From: Coraliomargarita sp.
GTDB lineage: Bacteria; Verrucomicrobiota; Verrucomicrobiia; Opitutales; Coraliomargaritaceae
Length of the DNA stretch: 64,000 bases
Reading direction: 5' to 3'
Assembly: GCA_965216325.1 (NCBI GenBank)
Contig: OZ244160.1
Span: forward strand, 1,248,001-1,312,000
In this document: piece after piece, positions 55,141-64,000 of the stretch
How positions within the stretch are numbered: position 1 is the first letter of the stretch
How the letters are laid out: each line of letters opens with the position of its first letter
The notes under the pieces: model-generated
Told to the model about the DNA's origin: nothing
Databases searched by the model: none
Seen by the model: the letters and a program-made list of their open reading frames with translations, nothing else
Made by a program: the position numbers and the translations under genes

Positions 55141-55171
55141 AAAACGCCACTCCATAACGGAGTGGCGTTTT
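55141..55171. terminator. Bidirectional intrinsic terminator
   Basis: AAAACGCCACTCC-ataac-GGAGTGGCGTTTT perfect hairpin between convergent genes. Confidence 0.85.
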
Positions 55172-55194
55172 GTAGAAACGAAGCTCAATCGACT

Positions 55195-56190
55195 TTAGAA
55201 GCCGTCGACGCCTGCTGGAATCGCTGGTGCTTCCGGAGCGGGCGCGCCCATGTTCATGCTGCCGCTCATCATCATGAGTCCCATCAGTGGCATCATTGCA
55301 CCTTGCACCGCTTGGTCGAATTGCTCCTGAGTCTGCGCATTTTGCAGATTAGTCAAAATGCCATCGACCATACCGTAGGCCATGATGATCTGCGGCTTGT
55401 TCTCCGCCAAGTCTTCCGGGGTCAGTGCTGCGAGGTTTGCTTTGGCCTCAGAAACACCCTCGGTCCAGCCAGCGACCATTTCGGAGTCCAACCAGCGGCC
55501 ATCGACCTTCGTGTAGGTGCCGGTGTTGGTTTCTTCACCGGGAACAGACACTTCGAGGGTCGCACTATCCGCAGTCGACTCGAGGACATTGACCGACATC
55601 TGCGCCAAGTCTGTGAGACGGAACTCATCGCCTGAGAGCGCCGCAAGCCCATCTAACTGCTTCAGCAACTCAGACACGGTGCTATTGCAAAACGCTTGCC
55701 CATCAAAGGCCTTCAAGCCTTCCAAGGATGTGATTTGGCTCGCGTTCAAAGTATTCAAGAAACTGATCAGCGCGGGCCATGCAGCCTCCATCTCAGCCTT
55801 TTCTTCAGCAGACTTCTCCGCACCACCGAGGTTGGTATTGAGGATGAAATCCTTTTGGTCTGCGGCCACTTGAGTGAGCTTGCCCACCAGTGCGAAGCCT
55901 TGATCGTAAATTTCAGCATCCAGCTTGGTGCTGGCCAAATGAACCAGTTCATTCACGTCGCTCTGGTAACTGGCCGGCATTGCTTGCCAAAGCACACCAC
56001 CGTTTCCTTTAGCCAACTCACCGGCGATGTATTTCATCGCAGCATCCGGCGCGTCCGGATAGCTGACCTTCGCTGCAGCCGGAGTAGAACTGTCGACGGA
56101 ACCAGAGCTCGAACCGGAGTCACCACAGCCTGCAAAAAAGAGAGAACCGGTGGTCGCGCCAACCAGTGCAAGTGTATGTAGAGATTTCAT
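55195..56190 (-). CDS. Hypothetical lipoprotein
   Basis: Lipobox FAGC followed by a Ser-rich linker. Confidence 0.8.
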   Translation of the reverse strand: MKSLHTLALVGATTGSLFFAGCGDSGSSSGSVDSSTPAAAKVSYPDAPDAAMKYIAGELAKGNGGVLWQAMPASYQSDVNELVHLASTKLDAEIYDQGFALVGKLTQVAADQKDFILNTNLGGAEKSAEEKAEMEAAWPALISFLNTLNASQITSLEGLKAFDGQAFCNSTVSELLKQLDGLAALSGDEFRLTDLAQMSVNVLESTADSATLEVSVPGEETNTGTYTKVDGRWLDSEMVAGWTEGVSEAKANLAALTPEDLAENKPQIIMAYGMVDGILTNLQNAQTQEQFDQAVQGAMMPLMGLMMMSGSMNMGAPAPEAPAIPAGVDGF

Positions 56191-56252
56191 GTAATGTAGT
56201 TGATTGAGGTTGAAGAAATGAATAAATTACGATTAATAGATAAGAGACAAAG

Positions 56253-56858
56253 TCAATTCGACAAGTCGTAGATCGCATAGCCCGCCATTAGGTTGGGCCA
56301 GAAGCGGCACTCATCGCGCCAGTTGCCCCCGAGAGCGACACGGTCCTGAATCCGGATCCCCTTCTCCGCACAGAAGGCCTCGAATTCATGGATCGAGAAG
56401 GGATTGTTCGGAATCGTCTCATGCCAAGGACGTGGATAGACCTGATTATCGGGACGTCGACCGTTCTGCACATAGCTCAAGCGATTCTTCCAAAAGCCGT
56501 GATTCACGAAGCCAACGGTCAGGTGTTTGCCTACGCGCAGTGCCTCGCTCAAAATTGTATGCGGGTCATCCAGTAACTCGACTGAACGGCTGAAGATGAC
56601 ACGATCAAACGAGTTGTCCTCAAAGGTTCTGAGCAAGGTGCCCACATCGCCGTGGTAGGCGGGCACCCCGCGCTTGATGCAACTAATGATACGGTCGACA
56701 TCGATATCCACACCGACGGCATAGACCGACTTGGTTTGCTGCAGATATTCGAGCAACACCCCGCGCCCGCAGCCAAGATCGAGCACGCGATCGCCCTCGT
56801 TTACCCAGCGGCCGATCACCTGGAAGTCGACCTGACGTTTTTTATTAGCCGGGCTCAT
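56253..56858 (-). CDS. metW: Methionine biosynthesis protein MetW
   Basis: RVLDLGCGRG, GRRP..P..W..PN motif; overlaps metX. Confidence 0.88.
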   Translation of the reverse strand: MSPANKKRQVDFQVIGRWVNEGDRVLDLGCGRGVLLEYLQQTKSVYAVGVDIDVDRIISCIKRGVPAYHGDVGTLLRTFEDNSFDRVIFSRSVELLDDPHTILSEALRVGKHLTVGFVNHGFWKNRLSYVQNGRRPDNQVYPRPWHETIPNNPFSIHEFEAFCAEKGIRIQDRVALGGNWRDECRFWPNLMAGYAIYDLSN

Positions 56859-57994
56859 CGATTTAGAAATGAGCGAATAAGCTCATCCAGTTTGGGTGAA
56901 CAGAGCAGGAAGGAGTCATGTCCGGCATCCATCGCCAGTTCCGCATAGGTCGCGTCTTTGCCCAAGCGCAGGAGCGCCTCAACGACTTCGCGATTGCCTT
57001 GCGGTGGATAAAGCCAATCGGAGGTGAAACCAACCACGAGACCGGAAGCCTGCACCGCTTTCAGCGTGGCATCCAGAGAGTTATCCGCGCCATGTAAATC
57101 AAAGCGATCGAGCGCCTTGGTAAGATACAAATAGGTATTGGCATCGAAGCGAGAGACAAAGGCCTGCCCTTGATAGCGCAGATAGCTCTCGACTTCGAAT
57201 TCGATATCGAAGTGCTCTTTGGCATCGAGCTTACGGCGCTTACGGCCGAACTTCGCCTCCATACCGACATCGGACAGATAGGTAATGTGCGCCATCATCC
57301 GCGCAACCGACAAGCCCTCAGCCGGCTGAGTGCCGTCCGGGTAGTTGCCCTCCTGCCAAGTGGGATCGCTAATGATCGCCTGACGTCCTGTATCATTGAA
57401 CGCGATTGCCTGCGCATTATGCCGCGCACAACAAGCCAGTGCAATGTAGCGGCCGACACGCTCGGGATAAGCGGTCACCCACTGCAAAGTCTGCATGCCC
57501 CCCATGCTGCCTCCGATCACTGCATGGAGCTTATCAATGCCGAGATGGTCGATGAGTAGCGCCTGCGCATTGACCATATCGCCCACCGTCAGTTTGGGAA
57601 AATCCAGACTGTAACGCTTGCCGGTTTCAGGGTTGAGGGATTCGGGGCCGGTAGAGCCACTGCAACCGCCCAGCACATTGGAGCAAATCACATAGTAGCG
57701 GCTGGTATCGATCGGCTTGCCGGGGCCGACCATAAAGTTCCACCAACCTTGCTTGCGCTCCTCCATACTGTGGACGCCCGCGCAGTGATGGTTACCGGTC
57801 AAGGCGTGGCAAATGAGCACCGCGTTGTCCTTGGCCTCATTGAGTCGCCCATAGGTCTCGTAGCGGAGCGTCAGCTCGGGAATGGTGCCGCCAGCTTCAA
57901 AGTGAAAGGTCTCTTTCGAAACAAAATCCTGATACTCGACCAAGCCCACCTCACCCGCTTCGGGTATTTCTGGTGTTGCTTCGGAATCAATCAT
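56855..57994 (-). CDS. metX: Homoserine O-acetyltransferase
   Basis: YETYG, CHALTG, GGSMGG, ARMMAHITY, FDAN, SDWLYP, GHDSFL. Confidence 0.95.
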   Translation of the reverse strand: MIDSEATPEIPEAGEVGLVEYQDFVSKETFHFEAGGTIPELTLRYETYGRLNEAKDNAVLICHALTGNHHCAGVHSMEERKQGWWNFMVGPGKPIDTSRYYVICSNVLGGCSGSTGPESLNPETGKRYSLDFPKLTVGDMVNAQALLIDHLGIDKLHAVIGGSMGGMQTLQWVTAYPERVGRYIALACCARHNAQAIAFNDTGRQAIISDPTWQEGNYPDGTQPAEGLSVARMMAHITYLSDVGMEAKFGRKRRKLDAKEHFDIEFEVESYLRYQGQAFVSRFDANTYLYLTKALDRFDLHGADNSLDATLKAVQASGLVVGFTSDWLYPPQGNREVVEALLRLGKDATYAELAMDAGHDSFLLCSPKLDELIRSFLNR

Positions 57995-58065
57995 TTTAAG
58001 GAATTATGAGTTAGGGATTAGGAATTAGGAATTCGTGCGCCTTGGCAAGGGCGCTTTTGCAGAAT

Positions 58066-58144
58066 GGAGGGCAATGCTCCGTCATTGCCACCTCCGCGCA
58101 TCCATTGCCCATGCGTGATCGGTAACGACGGAGCCTTGCCCTCC
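58066..58144. repeat. GGAG-type REP doublet
   Basis: GGAGGGCAATGCTCCGTC ... GACGGAGCCTTGCCCTCC. Confidence 0.7.
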
Positions 58145-58149
58145 AGAGC

Positions 58150-59721
58150 TCATTCGTTCGGCTGAAACTGCACGGCCTTTAAATTATTCTCCAAGCGCAA
58201 GTCCGCCTGACCTTCTTCTGGCAACACCTTGGCAATAATCTGCAACTGAGGCTCGTCCTGATTGGCGGGAGCCAGTGCGGTGACCTTGCGGGTGGTGGTC
58301 TTGCCCGGCGCAAGTGCTTCGAGCTTAAAGGCCTGCGGCTCATTGTCGCCCAACACCACTTCCAGCTGTGCATTGTAAAGCCAATCGGTGCCGCGGTTCT
58401 GTACAGTCACCTCGACCGGCATGGTCGTGCCGGGCTGGGCATCTTTGCCAAGGGTCACACTGGCCAGTGCGACATCAATCACATCCTTCTGATCGCGCTC
58501 GCGCAGTCGCTGCCAGTCCAACACCCCTGCCCCATAGAGCGAATCGGCCCCGGGCGCACCGGCTTCATTGAGATAATCGCTCAAGAGTTCGACCGACTGC
58601 TGTGGCAACTGATTCGGATTGCCGGCGAGCAGCGTCGCCAAGGTGCCCGACACAAACGGAGCGGCCGCCGAGGTGCCGGTAAACAAGGTCGTGCCCAGTT
58701 CCTCCTGCGCAGTCAAAATCCCAACGCCCGGAGCCGCAAAGTCGATCTCTACCGACTGATTCGGAAAGATCGCCTGCATGGCATTAGCATCCACAGCAGT
58801 CACCGCGATCACCGATGCATACGCAGCCGGATAGGACAAGGCACCATAGCCATCATTCCCTGCGGCCGCGACCAGTAGCACGCCTTGCTGATGGGCGTAG
58901 GCGACTGCGTTGCGGAGCACCGGTGCATCCACATAGAGCCCGAGGCTCAGATTGATAATGTCTGCATCAGCATCAACCGCATCGACAATGGCCGACGCAA
59001 GGGTGAAGCTATTGCCGATCCCGTCTGCACCGAGCACGCGCATCGCCAACAAGGTGGCATCCGGCGCAATGCCCTCTTTACCACCAATGATGGAGGCCAC
59101 CGAAGTGCCGTGCCCTGCGCCTTCCCCAGCCATCCCCGACTCGGTATAATCCAAGACCTCGATCTCGCTCTCGGCAAACTGCGCATGCTCTATTAGACCG
59201 GAATCTAAAATCGCCACCCGCACGCCGGCCCCCGTGGAGTCCAACTCCCCCACGATCTGCGCCGCGGACACTCCATAGGCTCGCAAGCTCGCAAGCGCCT
59301 CGGGATTGACCACCTCTGGAGGCAGGGGTGGCTGCACTTGGTAGTTGTAGCCAAGTTTAAGCTCCCCGTCCTGCGGAAAATGCTCACGCAGCACCGACTC
59401 ATTGAGCCGTACAGTCAGCAAACGATCAATCCGCCCCGGAACGGGCACACCCGCACGTTCGAGTTCTGCTAAATAGGCGTGATAAGCGGCGGCATCTTCA
59501 AATGTCACCAGCAGCTGCCCGCCAAGCGCAGCTTTCGGATACGAAATCGGCGTCACCGAAGACGGCTGCCAAACGGGCACGACATCACTGCCGGTCGTGC
59601 CTTCGGCATCTGCTAAGCTCAGCGGCTCCGGTGGCGGGACTTGGTCATTCAACCAACGGCCAACCAAGAGCCCAAGTATCAACAGGCAGGCAAGCAGGCT
59701 GAATCGGGTGGCAAGTTTCAT
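58150..59721 (-). CDS. S8 subtilisin-like serine peptidase with C-terminal CARDB-like domain
   Basis: Catalytic triad ILDSG / HGTSVA / GTSAAAP, AAGN oxyanion hole; N-terminal anchor. Confidence 0.9.
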   Translation of the reverse strand: MKLATRFSLLACLLILGLLVGRWLNDQVPPPEPLSLADAEGTTGSDVVPVWQPSSVTPISYPKAALGGQLLVTFEDAAAYHAYLAELERAGVPVPGRIDRLLTVRLNESVLREHFPQDGELKLGYNYQVQPPLPPEVVNPEALASLRAYGVSAAQIVGELDSTGAGVRVAILDSGLIEHAQFAESEIEVLDYTESGMAGEGAGHGTSVASIIGGKEGIAPDATLLAMRVLGADGIGNSFTLASAIVDAVDADADIINLSLGLYVDAPVLRNAVAYAHQQGVLLVAAAGNDGYGALSYPAAYASVIAVTAVDANAMQAIFPNQSVEIDFAAPGVGILTAQEELGTTLFTGTSAAAPFVSGTLATLLAGNPNQLPQQSVELLSDYLNEAGAPGADSLYGAGVLDWQRLRERDQKDVIDVALASVTLGKDAQPGTTMPVEVTVQNRGTDWLYNAQLEVVLGDNEPQAFKLEALAPGKTTTRKVTALAPANQDEPQLQIIAKVLPEEGQADLRLENNLKAVQFQPNE

Positions 59722-59822
59722 AGTTAATACGGGAAAGTAGTGAGCAATGCGCAAATGACAATCGCAGGATAGGTGCTTGTCATACTTGTAACGTCTGAGC
59801 CAGCCGCCTAGTTACAGGCTCC

Positions 59823-60485
59823 ATGAAAATTCTGTGCCTCAAACACGTCCCTTTTGAAGGCCCCGGTGCCATTGCGCTCTGGGCACAGCAACGCGGCCAC
59901 GAACTGGTGATCAAATCCGTGTTCCAGTCCGAGCCCCTGCCACCCATCGAATCAATCGACCTGCTGCTCGTCATGGGCGGACCAATGAATATCTACGAGC
60001 ACGACACGCATCCGTGGTTGGTTGACGAGAAGGCCTATATCCGCTCCGCCATTGATGCGGGCAAGCAGGCGGTCGGCATCTGCCTCGGCGCCCAGCTGAT
60101 CGCCGATGTGCTCGGCGGCCAAGTGACTGAGGGCCCACAGAAGGAGATCGGCTGGTTCCCCATCGAGCTGGACCGCCCCAGCGCGCAAACACTGCGCGTG
60201 TGCCACTGGCATGGCGACACCTTCAGCATACCCGCCGGTGCCGAACACATCGCCCGCAGCGAAGCCTGCGCCCACCAGGGGTACCTTTACGAGAATCGTG
60301 TGCTCGGCCTGCAATGCCATTTGGAAAGCACGCCCGAGAGTCTCGCGCTGCTCATCGCCGCCTGTAGCGACGAACTGGTCGACGGGCCGACGATCCAAGA
60401 CGCCGAAACCATGCTCGCAGAGCCCCTCCAAACTTACGAGGCGATGCAGGCGGTATTGTTCGAGCTACTCGACGGACTCGAATAA
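59823..60485 (+). CDS. Type 1 glutamine amidotransferase-like protein
   Basis: HVPFEGPG, GGPM, GICLGAQL, WHGD, QCHLE. Confidence 0.9.
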   Translation: MKILCLKHVPFEGPGAIALWAQQRGHELVIKSVFQSEPLPPIESIDLLLVMGGPMNIYEHDTHPWLVDEKAYIRSAIDAGKQAVGICLGAQLIADVLGGQVTEGPQKEIGWFPIELDRPSAQTLRVCHWHGDTFSIPAGAEHIARSEACAHQGYLYENRVLGLQCHLESTPESLALLIAACSDELVDGPTIQDAETMLAEPLQTYEAMQAVLFELLDGLE

Positions 60486-60487
60486 AG

Positions 60488-60624
60488 GTAGGGCAGTCTC
60501 GCCGAGACAGCCGTTCGCCAAGGTGTATAAACGATACGAATCTCGTGGATTCAACTTCACCCAAGGCATGAAGCAGTCGCCGCAATTCAAAACGGGGCGG
60601 CACGATAAGGATATCGCGCCCTAC
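60488..60624. repeat. GTAG-type REP doublet
   Basis: GTAGGGCAGTCTCG...GATATCGCGCCCTAC; right arm identical to 40047-40075. Confidence 0.75.
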
Positions 60625-60629
60625 CGCGG

Positions 60630-61115
60630 CTAGAACAGCCGCGGGTCGAGCATCCACGCCAATTCGCAGCTGCCAACCTGTCCATAATTCGGAATGGGGG
60701 CCCATTCCAGGCAGACCATATTGCAGGTTTTGAAATAAACTCGGGCCCGTCCACGTTCACCGCCGAGCAATAAGGAAGTGAAGACGGAAATATTGGGATT
60801 GTGCCCGACGATCAGGACGTCGCGCTGCAGCTCGCTCAAATCCGCCAACAACGGCTCCGGATCACGGTCGGGCTCCAGACGATCAACCTCGCGGACCAGA
60901 TCCACCGCAACACCACTCTCCGACAGCACACACTCCGCAGTCTGCTGCGCCCGCACGAGGGGGCTCTGCCACAGCACCTCAGGCTGGAAGTGCTTATTTT
61001 CCTTTAAAAAGCGGCCGAGTGCCGCCGCGTGGGCACGCCCGCGATCCGTTAATTCCCGCACAGAATCCGGATAGCCCGCCCCCGCCTGCGCATGGCGTAG
61101 TAGAAAGAGTTTCAT
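60630..61115 (-). CDS. sixA: Phosphohistidine phosphatase SixA
   Basis: LLRHA, RELTDRG, SPLVRAQQTA, VGHNP. Confidence 0.88.
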   Translation of the reverse strand: MKLFLLRHAQAGAGYPDSVRELTDRGRAHAAALGRFLKENKHFQPEVLWQSPLVRAQQTAECVLSESGVAVDLVREVDRLEPDRDPEPLLADLSELQRDVLIVGHNPNISVFTSLLLGGERGRARVYFKTCNMVCLEWAPIPNYGQVGSCELAWMLDPRLF

Positions 61116-61162
61116 GCCTAGAACTTGGCAGACTGCGGCAAACTTGTGCAGCCCAAAAACGC

Positions 61163-61233
61163 AAAAACCCCGAAGCGCGATGCACTCCGGGGTCCTTAAC
61201 AAACAACAAACTAACTACACAATTTATGTGTAT
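61163..61233 (-). ncRNA. Candidate sRNA copy 1 (ends approximate)
   Basis: Promoter GAAC-N16-CGTCT, core AGTTTGTTGTTTGTT, terminator ACCCCGG...CGGGGT plus T tract. Confidence 0.55.
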
Positions 61234-61239
61234 AAAGTA

Positions 61240-61264
61240 AGACGCCTTGCAAACGCTGGTGTTC
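61240..61264 (-). promoter_or_regulatory. ECF-sigma-like promoter 1
   Basis: Minus strand TTTTTT-GAAC-accagcgtttgcaagg-CGTCT. Confidence 0.55.
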
Positions 61265-61314
61265 AAAAAAGCTCGAAAAAATCCAATCGCTCTGCCCAGC
61301 GCTGACATCCGGGC

Positions 61315-61387
61315 AAAAAAACGCCGCTCTGCAAAGCGGCGTTTCAAACAAACAACAAACTGAACAACTTACTACGAATTGTTATGT
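61315..61387 (-). ncRNA. Candidate sRNA copy 2 (ends approximate)
   Basis: Same promoter and core; terminator AAACGCCGCT...AGCGGCGTTTTTTT. Confidence 0.55.
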
Positions 61388-61393
61388 TGTAAT

Positions 61394-61418
61394 AGACGTA
61401 AACCGTGCGCTCGCGTTC
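61394..61418 (-). promoter_or_regulatory. ECF-sigma-like promoter 2
   Basis: Minus strand TTTTTT-GAAC-gcgagcgcacggttta-CGTCT. Confidence 0.55.
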
Positions 61419-61478
61419 AAAAAATTCGAATCTTTTTTCAGGAAATTTTAACGCACCTCAAAGGACTCACACAAGTCA

Positions 61479-61847
61479 CTATAAATCAGTATACTTATCG
61501 CTCCGACCCTTAGCTTTATCGACTGGATATTTTTCCGCATTGCGCAGCATTTTCTGCTGAATTGCTGCGGAGAGGTCGATTTTCGTAACATTGGCGAACT
61601 GGATCGCGAAAATAAAGATATCCGCCAGCTCTTCCTCGACCTTAGCTCGTAGCTGCGGATCTTGCATATCGACCCGCGACTGATCGGCCGACTGCCAGAG
61701 AAAGTGCTCCATCAACTCGGCCGCCTCGGCCGAAATCGCCATCGATAGGTTCTTCGGCGAATGAAACTGCTCCCAATCACGCTCCTGTGCGAACGCGAGA
61801 ACCCGATCTTTAATTTCCTGAAGTCGGGTTTCTGGGTCGCTCATCAT
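61479..61847 (-). CDS. MazG-like nucleotide pyrophosphohydrolase (dCTP-diphosphatase-like)
   Basis: FAQERDWEQFHSPKNL, EAAELME, EELAD, KYPV. Confidence 0.9.
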   Translation of the reverse strand: MMSDPETRLQEIKDRVLAFAQERDWEQFHSPKNLSMAISAEAAELMEHFLWQSADQSRVDMQDPQLRAKVEEELADIFIFAIQFANVTKIDLSAAIQQKMLRNAEKYPVDKAKGRSDKYTDL

Positions 61848-61864
61848 GTCGGAGATTGAATTGT

Positions 61865-62953
61865 TTAAAGGCTCAAGCGGATATGCCCCATACCAAAACC
61901 ACTCGCCGCGCCATACAAGAAGCATTCTTGGCCTGACCCAAGCTCCAGCTTGCCCTGATCCATCAACCAGCGCAGAGCCAGCGGAATCGCCGTGCTTGCG
62001 GTATTGCCGTAATGGTCTGCGGTAATCGTGACCTTCCTCGGGTCCATCTTCATTTCCTGGATGCTAACATCCTCAATCAATTTGCGGGAAATCTGGTGCG
62101 GCACAAAGAAATCCAAGCTTTGGTCGAAACTCGCTTCACCAAACTCGCTCTTTCGAATGTCCTCATACTCTTGAAAGTAGCGCAGGCTGTAGCTACGTGC
62201 GATCTTCGCAAGTGCCGACATATCCAAATAGAACCATGGATTCAGCGCACCACCATTGGCGCGCCAGTCTTCACGCTCAGGCACGTGACAAAGCTGCCAG
62301 TGTTCGCCAAAGCTCATCAGATTAATTTCAGAAATACCGACTTCGCCTTCAGCCGCCTCAATGAGCATGGCCGCACCCGCGTCGCCCAGAGTGAGCCCCC
62401 CCATTTTAAGGCGTAACTCACGCACATCTGCCACTTCACGATTACAGACGATACTGCCCAACTCACCACTGCAAACGATACAGCGCCGCGCCGCGCCAGT
62501 GGCGAGGAAACTGTTACAGACATTGATTGCCTGCAGGAAGGAGTTGCAGGCATTTGAAACATCAAAGGCGTTGACCACCTTCATGCCCAAACGCTCTTGG
62601 ATGATGTTTGCCGTTGCCGGCTCCATCATATCCATATCTGTGCTGGCAAAAATCAGTGTATCAACCGTCTTGAGATCCAGCCCCGTGCGCTTAACCAGAT
62701 CACACACAGCCGCTACCGCCAGATCAGAGGGAACCGTGCCTGCAGGCGCATAGACTCGATCGATATTACCTGTCGTGCGCTCAATAATATCGGGCAAATT
62801 GCGCTTGAGGCGCTCTGGTGCCTTTAGCGAAGCAGCAACATCCTTATTGCTGACCACCTGAGACGGGATCTCCACTCCGATGTCGACAATGCGTGAGATC
62901 GGCTTCTGGAAGCGCTGCATGCGCTCGAAATAATAGGTGTCTTTGATAGGCAA
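61865..62953 (-). CDS. 3-oxoacyl-ACP synthase III family condensing enzyme (OleA-like; start may be ATG 62920)
   Basis: EPATA, NAC catalytic Cys, LGDAG, PHQ, GNTAS. Confidence 0.85.
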   Translation of the reverse strand: MPIKDTYYFERMQRFQKPISRIVDIGVEIPSQVVSNKDVAASLKAPERLKRNLPDIIERTTGNIDRVYAPAGTVPSDLAVAAVCDLVKRTGLDLKTVDTLIFASTDMDMMEPATANIIQERLGMKVVNAFDVSNACNSFLQAINVCNSFLATGAARRCIVCSGELGSIVCNREVADVRELRLKMGGLTLGDAGAAMLIEAAEGEVGISEINLMSFGEHWQLCHVPEREDWRANGGALNPWFYLDMSALAKIARSYSLRYFQEYEDIRKSEFGEASFDQSLDFFVPHQISRKLIEDVSIQEMKMDPRKVTITADHYGNTASTAIPLALRWLMDQGKLELGSGQECFLYGAASGFGMGHIRLSL

Positions 62954-63048
62954 ACTGGGTTAGCTTGTTGAGGAATTACATGCTTTCCCGCTGAATGGAA
63001 GTCGTTTTTTTCTCGCCAAGTCATATTTTGCCCAACCTTTTATCCGTG

Positions 63049-64000
63049 ATGCCGGAATCCTCCAACACAAGCAAAGCAAACGGTCTAAGCGTGACCTATT
63101 CCAGCTGGTTCGCCCGACTCTTCTTAAAGTCGATTTACGACAATCAGTGGGTCATTCCGGAACCCTTGCCAAAACCGATCAGCGGCTTTTTGAAGTGGTA
63201 TGAGCAACGGATGAACGTCGACACCAGCGGCATCGAGATCGACCGCCCGATCTTTATTATTTCGCTGCCGCGCTGCGGCTCGTCGATGCTGCAAGACCTG
63301 CTCTGCACACATCCACAACTCGCCTACACCACCAACATCATGGATATCTGCCGCCCCTCTTGTTGTGCGGCAGAGCACTTACGCAAGAAATTCGGGGTCA
63401 ACATCTCCGGCGAGCGCTTCCTGAAGGATAGTGTAGTCGTCGACGGAGGGAGCCCCGCTGACCCAGTCGCGACCTGGGCGGACTTTTTTGGCGAGGACTA
63501 TTTTGAAATCAACGATCAGGTTCCGGACTTCGAGCGCCTAAGTGCCGAGCAAATTACAACCATTCGGGAGAGTATCAAACGGGTGCTCTGGAGCTTTGGA
63601 GGCAGTGAGCAGCGCTTCTTTTGCAAGACCCCGATGCTCCTACCCTACCTGGGCGTCCTCAATCAGCTCTTTCCGGATGCCAAGTTCATCCACCTACTGC
63701 GCGACCCACGACAAGGCGCGAACTCGATGGTCAAGATCCACAAGATCTGCAATGAGAAGCTCCATGAAATCCGCCAGCGCCAGCGACGCCCAGCACCAGA
63801 GGAGCCCTTCATCCCCTATCCCCGCCTGCCCGAACTCAGCGGCTATCTAAAAGACTATGGCCCAGAGGACGTGCGCACCACCGCACACTTGTGGAATGAT
63901 GCCATCGATACAATCGATACCCATCGCGAACACCTAAAGAATTTCTACGAGATTCGCTATGAGGACATCCTCGCCGCACCCGCCGAGCAAATGGCAAAAC
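63049..64000 (+). CDS. Sulfotransferase family protein, truncated by window end (not in ORF track)
   Basis: Open frame with DRPIFIISLPRCGSSML, KTP, FPDAKFIHLLRDP, IRYED. Confidence 0.85.
   Translation, partial: MPESSNTSKANGLSVTYSSWFARLFLKSIYDNQWVIPEPLPKPISGFLKWYEQRMNVDTSGIEIDRPIFIISLPRCGSSMLQDLLCTHPQLAYTTNIMDICRPSCCAAEHLRKKFGVNISGERFLKDSVVVDGGSPADPVATWADFFGEDYFEINDQVPDFERLSAEQITTIRESIKRVLWSFGGSEQRFFCKTPMLLPYLGVLNQLFPDAKFIHLLRDPRQGANSMVKIHKICNEKLHEIRQRQRRPAPEEPFIPYPRLPELSGYLKDYGPEDVRTTAHLWNDAIDTIDTHREHLKNFYEIRYEDILAAPAEQMAK

Noticed and set aside
57995..58149. SAM riboswitch upstream of metX
   Set aside because: The structure is explained by a REP doublet and a short TTAGGAA-type heptamer run; no SAM riboswitch core was recognised.

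Overview
This is a bacterial chromosomal window using genetic code 11. Gene content and repeat style suggest a Verrucomicrobiota/Opitutales-like genome (inference). Most of it is housekeeping: a MacB/FtsX-type ABC operon, dld, a molybdenum-cofactor cluster (moaA/moeA/moaC/mobA/moaD), hisB/C/D, mqo, two SF2 helicases (DUF3516-type and RadD), a complete ADP-heptose pathway with glycosyltransferases and MsbA, uvrA, metX/metW, sixA and others. Accessory and unusual parts: (1) an integrase-less integron cassette array at ~51.5-55.1 kb, containing a 2.48-kb tyrosine-recombinase + IS91-type HUH transposase element whose ends mimic cassette core sites, and a YefM-YoeB cassette with a nonsense-truncated toxin; (2) two tandem candidate sibling sRNA genes at 61.16-61.43 kb, each with an identically spaced ECF-sigma-like promoter, a shared 15-nt GU-rich core and a terminator; (3) an ISL3 with no target-site duplication that truncates a sulfotransferase gene; (4) decayed genes (class III FBPase, four-helix-bundle protein); (5) many intergenic palindromic repeats, some with a nested mini-element. 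No rRNA, tRNA or CRISPR array was seen. All family assignments come from motif recognition, not database searches.
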